The translations under genes were made by a program, and so were the position numbers. The notes under the pieces were generated by a model. The model saw nothing but the letters and a program-made list of their open reading frames with translations, did not search any database and was not told where the DNA came from. From Elsinoe ampelina (Eukaryota), in the NCBI GenBank assembly GCA_010093995.1, contig ML992503.1, positions 118,984 to 182,983 of the forward strand: 64,000 nt of DNA. The letters run 5' to 3'. This document shows positions 12,778 to 21,335 of this stretch, piece by piece (within the stretch, counting starts at the first letter, position 1; each line of letters starts with the position of its first letter).

Positions 12778-15700
12778 AGTAGGAGCTATTCGTATAGATA
12801 AGAATATCGTCTAGGTAGATCGATATAAAGCGCTCTAGTATGTCGACGAAGTTGTAATTTATAAACCTCTACTAGACTATAGAGGTATTAGTAAGGCCGA
12901 ACGGTATTACTAGCTACTTAAAGTTACCTATACGTATAGAGAACATAGTAAGATCTTTACTATCGACGGAGTTATAGAGGTAGTAGAAGGCTTAATAGAT
13001 GTTAATCTTACTAAACTATTTAGCCTTACTTACGCGCGTAAGTGTTTCTTCGATAAGGAGTAGAGAATAGATATCTTACTTAGTTACCTCGTTAAGGCTA
13101 TAGTAGTTAATATAGAGACGAAGTCCTCTACCTAGCTTACGAATAAAGAGAATAGGTAAGAAATAGCTAGCGGAACTTAGTGTAATAAAGCCTTTATTAA
13201 GATATTCTTAGATAAATTATTCTACTATATCGAGTTCTTCTAGCGATAGGCGGTATAAAGGCTCTATACATAGTAGCTTAGTACTATCTTTAAGTATAAT
13301 ATAGTTGTTAAAATCCGGCCGATACTAAGGGAGCATATTAGATTATTCTTTAGAGAAGATATTAGTAAACTCTTATAACTTCTCTAGGAGAACTACTATA
13401 GGATCTAGTTCTAGCTTAGAGACTATCTAGTAGTAGTCTTCGATATTCTTTACCGAGATTATAAACACCTTATTCTTTTAGTATTTAGCTACTAATACGA
13501 AGGTAGCGGCGCTAATAAAAGTAATAGTTAGCTCTTCTTACTTAGTATTACTTACGTAGGTAAGTACGTAGAAGAACTTATACATTAACTAAGTACTATA
13601 GGAGATTAGCTTAAACTCTCCCTAATTTAGCTTAAAGTTCGACCTAAGAGCTAGTAGTTAATATAATCTAGTTCGCCCTATCTTAGTAGCTAAGCTAGGA
13701 CCTAGTTTACGTATTAAACTAGGACTAAACTAATTCTAAACTAAAACGGCAGCTTTGCCGAGCTAGGTTCCTAGATCTAAGCTAGGCTTAGATCTAGATT
13801 CTAGCCTTTTAATTAGCTATAGTAGCTCCTACTTAACGACTATCGGCGAAAACTCTTCTTTATATATAACTTAGCCGTGCTTATAGTCGATAGTAGCCCT
13901 ATTAGCCTTAAGCTAGCTAAGGCTAAGGATAATGTCGAATTAGCTAATATCTATAATATAAAAGGTAGTAAGGTTATTTAGCTTACTAGAAACGGTAGTA
14001 GTAAGGGGAATACTATATATAACTTACTCTATTAGAACACCGTTATAGGCTTAAAGCTAAATAGAACTAGCTAGTGCCACGGGGCAGCCGAAGCTCTTTA
14101 GCTTATTAAGAACGTTATAATTAACTATAGCGCTAATAAGCGCGCTAGTATTAATAAAGGCTTAAAGTATAATAGTACGCGAGCGGTTATAGGGGTTGTA
14201 AATAGTAATAGGAGTTATAATAGCAAGGATATAGTAGCTAATAACACTATTTAGTAACTATACACCTCCGGATTTATCTCGAATTACTCTTATTTCGCTA
14301 GAGAATAGAACTTGTTCTCTAGCTACTTATTTCTCTAGCTAGAGAAACTAGTAGGCTTATAGTCTATTTCGGGGTTGAACTAAGGCTTAACTAGATCTAG
14401 TTTGTAAGCCGAACTAGTGTCGACCTAGTTACTTAACTTAGCTAAGCGATCCTAGAGCTACTATATCTCCTCTACGGTACTAATACGTACGGGGCGTATA
14501 GTAGCGTAAGTAGCCTTCTCTAAGGCGCTAGCTATATACTTAGTAGAGATATATCTAGGCTTACTGTATATATAATAGGTAAGTACTAGAGCTAGACGGA
14601 AAGGCTATAGAGTACCTCCGGCAATAGAGTAGAAGGTAGGTAGAGCTATAGGCGTAGAGGTAGAATAAGGTACGTAAGTAGGTATAGTAGTAGCGTAGCT
14701 TATAGCTAGCATAGAACGTAAAGCCTAAGTGCGCTTAGTAATAAGGTTATTCTATCGAATATTATAGTTAGTAGCGTAGGCCTTAGTAATAAAGGCGGTA
14801 AGGTTATTAGTATCGTAGTTAACTAGAGTATTATATAGCTCGTTAGATATCTTCTAACGGATCTAGTATAGCTACTTCTCTTTAGCAATCTTAGCGTAAA
14901 GAGCGTACTTATTAAACTCGCTAATAAAGAAGTTAAATATACTATTATACTAGAAGAGGTTAGTAAACTAAGTACGTATAGTAGCCTTATAGTTAGGATC
15001 CTCGAAGCGCTAGGCTAGAAGAGTAAGGACCTCTTCGACGCTAATAACGTTATTACTAGCTAAGTCTATAATAAGGGTATAGGCTTCTCTAGAGAGGCGT
15101 AAGTATAGATAGGTAAACTAGGTGTCTCTCGTAGAGAAATAATCTACATTAGTACGTATCTTATTCCTTATCTAGTACTTAAAGACCTCGAACTACTCTA
15201 GTATACCTATACTAAAGATAGTAGAGTCTAGTATCTTTTCTAATAAGGTAGAGCTATATATAAAAAGGGCTAGTATACTACGCTCTATCTTGTTTCTTAG
15301 TTAATCTACCTTAGCCTTAAGCTCTTAGATTTTGTCTAAGTAGCGAGTAGCTTAGGTAGTAACGCCGTCGGTATAGAACTAAGATACGTCTAGTTCGGAT
15401 TAGAGGTTACTAAGCTAGGCCTAAGTAGTATCTAACTCGTAGTAATAGTAGAGAGCGTTAGTATAAGCGCCTTTTACCTACGTAGTCTACTTATTATAGA
15501 AGAACTCGATATAGTTAAATACGTCTCTTAGTGCCTATATACTATACTCTTTCTATAGCTTCTTAAGGAGTATAGCGTTAAAGAGAGCAAAAAGATTATA
15601 GTAGAGAGAGTAGATAGAGGCGTTATTATTATTAGAGATAGGTTAAGGTAGCTTACTTTAGTAGCGCTCTTCGTTGCTATAGTTAGATCGAGCTATACTC

Positions 15701-16025
15701 GGCGTAGTTAGTCGTAAATAGAATAGTATAAAAAGTTAATATGTAATAAAGGAAATATTAAAATTTTTAGCTAGCGGCCTACTTCCTTTAAGAGTCGTCT
15801 ATAACTCGACTTATTACCTTCTTCTTATATCTTCGAGGTTTGTAGTATTAACCTATATAGTAGTAGCGAGGATCTATTATAGTATACGTAGGAACTATAG
15901 TTATAATAGCTTCTTCTTCGATTCTTCGTAAGTGGTAGTTATTAGTAGTTACGTAAGTAGTAGAATAACTAGATAGTTTAATAGCTCTATTACTCGGTCG
16001 TAGCTTCTTTAAAGTCTCGATATAG

Positions 16026-16228
16026 TAATTACAACTAGTAAGATAAGAGGTTAATTACGTCTATTCGTTAAAATATTAAGACTTAGAAGAAGAAGAAGAA
16101 AAGCTAGTATATAAAGCATACGTAATATCGAGAGTAAAGTAGCTAGAAGCCCGGGCTATAATACTAAGATTATATAACTAATCTAAACTAGATCCTAACT
16201 AAATCTAGTTCGTATCTATCTCGTATTA
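16026..16228 (-). repeat. 5' LTR of the Gypsy element
   Basis: Direct repeat of 4663-4865, followed by TSD TTAGA. Confidence 0.9.
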
Positions 16229-16233
16229 TTAGA

Positions 16234-17100
16234 TAGGTATAATTCTTACTAGTCTTTTACTTCTAGTTTAACCTTAGCTTCTTAAACTAAGCTATAAGAG
16301 GCTTACTATATATAAGCGCTAGTCTAATCTCTTAAGCTATTACTAAGATTATTTTCTTTTATATATCTAACTAGTAAGTACTTAGCTTAGTACTACTACT
16401 ACTCTTAGCTATAGCTATTACCTTCTACTTCTTCCTTAGTAGCGTTTTCTTTACTAGCTACTTTTACTTCTTTAAGACAATAATAACTTTCTTTTCTTTC
16501 TTATTAGCCTTAGTATCTTTCTTCTTCTCTAGCTCTTTCTCTTCTACTAATACTACTAAGTCTACTACCTTAGCTAAATTCTAGCGCGCTACTTATAGGG
16601 TATATAAACTCGATACTATAACTAGTAGTATAGTAGGTTAAGTAGTTAGTATAACTAGTAATAGTATTAGCTATAGAGGAGGCTATATTAAAGAAGATAC
16701 TAGTAAGGCTAGTACTATCTAGTTAACTAGTTATAAGGCTTAAGGTTAAGGCTAAAGAGGTAGTAGCTATAACAATTATATACTATATCTACTATAATAA
16801 GAAGATAGTAGAGGCTATAATAATAGCTATAAATATAGTATCTATAGTTACTAGTATCTAACTAAATATTAATACTACTATAAGTGCTCTATTTTACACC
16901 TATTTAAAAAGGTATAATAGTAAATATTTAATAACGCTAGCTACTAGATAAAAGGTTATCTAGATAGCTTTTAACTATCTCCGGCCTCTAGTCTCTTTAG
17001 TATGTGCTTTACTCCTTCTAATAGCTATAGAGTTAGTGTAGCTAGCTACACTAACTCTGTAGCCAGTTTTATAGTTTAATAGTGTTATCTATTGTCTCGG
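16234..17100. other. Unclassified RIP-degraded sequence, right part, grading into normal GC content
   Basis: TpA-rich and CpA-poor until ~17,050; the minus strand looks like a decayed K/E-rich coding sequence. Confidence 0.5.
17024..17063. repeat. 40-bp near-perfect palindrome at the RIP boundary
   Basis: GCTATAGAGTTAGTGTAGCT|AGCTACACTAACTCTGTAGC, with one transition mismatch. Confidence 0.85.
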
Positions 17101-17563
17101 CGCTGTCGTTAACGGCCTATCGACGGCCAATCGACGGTGAGTGCTGGTTTCACGCTATCTGGCTAGAAGGAGGAGCGATCGACTCTGGCTGCACAGACTG
17201 TGCAGCTGCTAAAACCACCTAAAAAGGGCCAACTTGCCCTGCGTCTTGGTCCTCCCATCCGAGCCGCTTGTCATTTTCTTCCCCTTGTGCCTGCAGCTGT
17301 TTTGAAACACTCGGACAAGCTGTGGGTCTGTTCAACATTCTCGCAGATCCCGGGCACTGCCACCTGTGCCACGACGGGACACGTCGTCAGCAAGCAATTT
17401 CTTCTGAGGTTCTCCATCGTGCACGTGATTCGTCCGATGCCCGAGAACTTGCACATGTCTTGACTACAAGAAGTACACAGCTCACTTCACCAGGTATGTC
17501 ATTTCACAAGTCAATCTCTTGACTTTGACTTCCCATATTGATACATGGGACTAATTGCTTCAG

Positions 17564-17877
17564 AACTTGAGCCAAGTTGGGCCTCACAGGATGCATGTGA
17601 CACTACTTACATCCGTAAAGCTCTACAACCTGGACCAAGTTGCATGCCATTAGGACTGAAGCTAAAGAGTGGCGCACTCTCAACCTGGCCCAGGTTCCGC
17701 ACCTCCAGAGAATACTGCACCATGCTTGAATGACCTCTGAACTCGGTCCAAGCTCCACGCCAATATGTGTGGATGTCAATCCTTTGCAAGTCCTCAACTT
17801 GGTCCGAGTTCCATAGCATGAGGGGGGAAATTGGGTACCAGCAGTCACATGCTGGACCATGAAACTTGACTCGAGCT
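17564..17877. repeat. Array of six 15-bp imperfect palindromes (AACYYGRNYCRRGYT) separated by unique 40-52 bp spacers
   Basis: Copies start at 17564, 17627, 17682, 17740, 17796 and 17863. Confidence 0.8.
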
Positions 17878-18015
17878 CCGTGCCATTCGCATGTGTGCTG
17901 AATGCTCTTGTTCTATTTCACATGCCTGCATCGAGCCGGAGACACTCGCCTCTCATGACAACGCTTCTGCTGAGGGCCTGTGTGAAAGGTATGCATTCAT
18001 GACAAGGTACTACTT

Positions 18016-20556
18016 TTAATCCACCACCCCCTCAGGGAAGATCGAGATGTAGTCCACCGGCGCAGGCTCAATCCCATCCGGCTTCCCCACTACCCTGAGC
18101 ACATCTCCCTTCTGCACCTCCACCCCCTTGAACGTGATCCTCGTCGCCGACTGTGCATCAATGTAATTCGATGGCGCATGCCCGAGCGTGAGATCACTAT
18201 CCCCAATCCAGCTCCCCACAAGCCTGTCCCCGAGATCGAGCTCCCACGTCGACCGCCCAATAGCCATGTCGAAGTAATTCACCGCGACGTCATACCTGCC
18301 TGACTCGTTCTCCAGTGTCGTCGAGATAGTACCAGTCGTAGTATTGCTCGCAGTGACGACGGCAGTCTTGCCACTCGCACTGTTGAACGGTGACACAGCA
18401 TAGCGGACGTAGCCATCGAGCTGCATGTTCTCGGCCTCGATCCTGTAGGGGTGGTTCTCCACCCGCCCGGCTTCGTCAGGGATGCTGCTGAGGTTGAAGT
18501 AGAAGTTGTTGATCGAGTCTCGCCAGATAATGGAGTGGCCTGCTTGGTATATAAAGCGGAAGAGGACTTCGTCGTAGCGTTGCTTGTCGATCTTGTTCTT
18601 GAGTGCTTCCCAGCGTGGGGCGTAGGTTTGGGCGTTTTGGCTGCCTAGGTAGTGGGAGTCATAGAAGTGTTGGATGACTGTCTTGCCAGACTTGAGAAGC
18701 TGGGTGTAAGGGACGTGATGGAACCAGAGGATCAGGTCGTCGGGTGTGGTTTCGATGTTCTCGTAGGCTTCCGCCACTTCGGGTGGATACTGGCCGGAAA
18801 ACCTAGTCCCATTGTATACTGTCCGATCCATACCAATGCTATTTCCGTCTGCTCTTGTCCATTGCCCCCAAGGATTAAAGTCTTGGCTAGCAGGGTTCGC
18901 ACCGTAGTGAGCGTATAAGATATCTGTGAGGGTTTGTATGCCCAAGTTGCCGGTATAGTTCTCATATGTCCGCCAAGACTCGAGGCTCATTTCGGCGACG
19001 ACATCGACGACCTGGGGGTCAGAACCGAACGTCAGACGGGTCCAGTCCCTTATTATTGTCTCTGAGTCTGCCGTCGGTGCCCAGGCAAGTCGCCCGAAGG
19101 CGTAGAGGTTGCTCATGGCCAGATGGCTTCCCAGCCAAGTCTGATTCGTACCGACGTTGGCAACGCCAGCATACCCACCCAGCTTATTCCCGAATCGCTT
19201 TCCGGAGATGATATCTCTTACTTTGCTCTCCTGGCCGTCGACTTTCAGGTCGAAACTCAAGATTGTCTGCCACAGTGGCGGAAGATAGACCAAGTGACAT
19301 TGTTGGCCGAGATACTCCTGGCTGATCTGCAACTCCACCGCCGAAGCCGTGTTCTGCAGATGGGCAAACAGTGGGCTCACTGGCTCGCGAACCTGAAAGT
19401 CGATTGGACCATATTTGACCTGAACAACCACGTTGTCATCAAATTCCTCGTCGAGATCGCGGAAAAACTCAACGGCGGCGTTGGCTCGGTCGGCACGCCA
19501 ATTGGTAGTCTGATTGAGCGTAGTACTGTCGTAGACAAAGGCACGGAACATGACAATGCCGCCGTGTGGAGCCAGAGCACGAGCAAAGAGGTTGGCACCC
19601 TCAGCCAATGTTCTATTGTATGTAAGCGGACCAGGCTGGCCTTCACTATTGGCTTTGACGAGAACACCTGCGAAGTCAGGGACCCGCTTGTATACCTCAT
19701 CGAATCTGTTATGCCACCAGTCGACAACCTCGGGGTCAAGAGGGTCGAAGGTGGGTAGCTCGCGGAGTGCAAGTGGAGAAGCGAAGTACAGCGACATTCC
19801 AATGCGAATACCGTAAGGTCGCATGGTGTCCGCAATGCGGCCAAGCCCATCCATCACTGGTGGGGTGAGGAAGCTCTCATTTGCGTTGACATTGTTTACA
19901 ATGATGGCGTTGATGCCGATGGATGAAAGGAGTCGAGCATATTGGGCCACTCGAGTGAGATTCTGCTTGACCTGGCCATCCTGGAAGAAGATTGATGGTC
20001 CTCCATAGCCACGCTCCACACTTCCATGAACGCTCTGGTTTGCTCGAAGATTATCCCACTGATTGATCCAGCGGATCGGTGCATCCGGGTTGGAAGCATA
20101 GGTAGTGTCCTTCACATTGGCTTGGGCCAACCTCTCCAGATACTGGAATGTCCCGTGCAGAGCGCCTCTTTCGTTCTGGCCAATGATGTTGACAGTCGAG
20201 CCCTTGATGTCGAGCCAGAAACCGTCCTCGATCAGTTCAGGAATGTCGGCGGCATTGATGCTTGTCGAGTTCAGCTGACTCAAAGTGCCGACTGTGACTG
20301 TGCCGGTCCGGTCGGAAGAGGGGCGGTGCGACACTCCGCATTGCTTGCCGAAGATGCCATCAAGGCCTTGCCGCAATTCTTGGCCGGCAGTGAAGACCGG
20401 ACTGCCCTCTGTACTGTTGAGAGTGACAATCTTGTTTGGGATCGATTTGTGATATCGCTGGGCATTTGTTATACGAGCATATCGCAGCCACCCATCGATC
20501 CCGTTCTCTGCAGAGACAAGCCCAAAGGCAATTAAGACAACGATAAAGACGAACAT
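18016..20556 (-). CDS. aguA: Secreted alpha-glucuronidase, glycoside hydrolase family 67
   Basis: 846-aa single-exon ORF with a signal peptide; ENGIDGWLRY, RWINQWDN, GSVERGYGG, VKANSEGQPGP, KYGPIDFQVREP and QWTRAD are GH67 motifs. Confidence 0.96.
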   Translation of the reverse strand: MFVFIVVLIAFGLVSAENGIDGWLRYARITNAQRYHKSIPNKIVTLNSTEGSPVFTAGQELRQGLDGIFGKQCGVSHRPSSDRTGTVTVGTLSQLNSTSINAADIPELIEDGFWLDIKGSTVNIIGQNERGALHGTFQYLERLAQANVKDTTYASNPDAPIRWINQWDNLRANQSVHGSVERGYGGPSIFFQDGQVKQNLTRVAQYARLLSSIGINAIIVNNVNANESFLTPPVMDGLGRIADTMRPYGIRIGMSLYFASPLALRELPTFDPLDPEVVDWWHNRFDEVYKRVPDFAGVLVKANSEGQPGPLTYNRTLAEGANLFARALAPHGGIVMFRAFVYDSTTLNQTTNWRADRANAAVEFFRDLDEEFDDNVVVQVKYGPIDFQVREPVSPLFAHLQNTASAVELQISQEYLGQQCHLVYLPPLWQTILSFDLKVDGQESKVRDIISGKRFGNKLGGYAGVANVGTNQTWLGSHLAMSNLYAFGRLAWAPTADSETIIRDWTRLTFGSDPQVVDVVAEMSLESWRTYENYTGNLGIQTLTDILYAHYGANPASQDFNPWGQWTRADGNSIGMDRTVYNGTRFSGQYPPEVAEAYENIETTPDDLILWFHHVPYTQLLKSGKTVIQHFYDSHYLGSQNAQTYAPRWEALKNKIDKQRYDEVLFRFIYQAGHSIIWRDSINNFYFNLSSIPDEAGRVENHPYRIEAENMQLDGYVRYAVSPFNSASGKTAVVTASNTTTGTISTTLENESGRYDVAVNYFDMAIGRSTWELDLGDRLVGSWIGDSDLTLGHAPSNYIDAQSATRITFKGVEVQKGDVLRVVGKPDGIEPAPVDYISIFPEGVVD

Positions 20557-20610
20557 GATGTCTCACTCTCGTCAGGTGCGACCATCTCTGCGGACCTACC
20601 AGTACAGCAC

Positions 20611-20890
20611 TATATATTCACGCCTTGTACACGACAGTGCATTTAGCCGGAGCGAGCATGAGGGGCGAACAGAATCACTCGTTCCCAAGACGGCGCGCAG
20701 ATCACGCCAAGTGGACGGAATTGTGAAGGGAAGGTGAGAAGATCTTTGGCACAGGTTCAAAAATATTCATATCACCCCGCTGGAGATCCCCAAACCAAAG
20801 ACCCGCTCGTGTCATCATTCCGCCAATTGCGGAGGTCTGGGGAGGGCGATGCAAGGGTGAAACGTGGACGAAGCTGGCATTTAGCCGGAA
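20611..20890 (-). promoter_or_regulatory. aguA promoter: TATA-like box, two XlnR/Xyr1 sites (GGCTAAA) and several CreA-type SYGGRG sites
   Basis: TATATA at 20611-20616; TTTAGCC at 20642-20648 and 20880-20886, each within an identical 13-mer GCATTTAGCCGGA; CCCCGC, CTGGAG, GCGGAG and CTGGGG between ~20775 and 20845. Confidence 0.65.
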
Positions 20891-21335
20891 AACCTAGACC
20901 GACAAACCTGCGTCGATGAGCCCTTTTGTACTTTACGTACTGTTACTCCAAAGGTGTGGCTTGCATCCACGGCCTCTCGTAAAGTGTCTTCCTTGCACCC
21001 GGAAAAGGGATTCCATGCTCGGAATAGCGATTACATGCTCGGAGAGCAGCTGTGGTCGTGCGAATTAGTCGGCATGGAGAGACACTTGAGCCGCGTCACG
21101 TGGGCAAGGTCTACTTGGCCACCTCGTTAGACTTGCCCGACAAGTCTTCACTTACTTTCTGATCACTCATCCCATTACTTCAAGGCTGTACGGCCTGGTA
21201 GGATGAGGGGAATCGATACTACCAGAATGTGCTTTCACATGGAACGACCAGGTGTATGGTCATTTTGACGATGAAAAGTATCCAGCTATCGTATCGCTTG
21301 ATGTAAAGCTCCTGATCTGTTGCAGGGATGAATGG

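Larger units (their letters stand above)
4663..16228 (-). mobile_element. RIP-degraded full-length Ty3/Gypsy LTR retrotransposon (~6.25 kb without the nested Copia)
   Basis: 203-bp direct repeats at 4663-4865 and 16026-16228; TSD TTAGA at 4658-4662 and 16229-16233; minus-strand PPT at ~4866-4880. Minus-strand motifs run in Gypsy order: RT IYLDDILIY (~12790-12820), RNase H T(N)AS (~7050) and NYAIYDKELL (~6920-6950), integrase GPY-type KYI(S)PYKI (~5265-5290). Confidence 0.93.

Noticed and set aside
1..17100. AT-rich block as a centromere, organellar insertion or foreign DNA
   Set aside because: The composition is explained by RIP of identifiable retroelements; centromere status cannot be judged from this window.
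17200..17860. Several 60-87 aa ORFs between the RIP block and aguA
   Set aside because: Overlapping, short, no recognisable motifs, mostly non-ATG starts.
17564..17877. Calling the repeat-spacer array a true CRISPR
   Set aside because: Eukaryotic context with spliceosomal introns, no cas genes, and repeats only 15 bp and degenerate; kept as an unexplained array.
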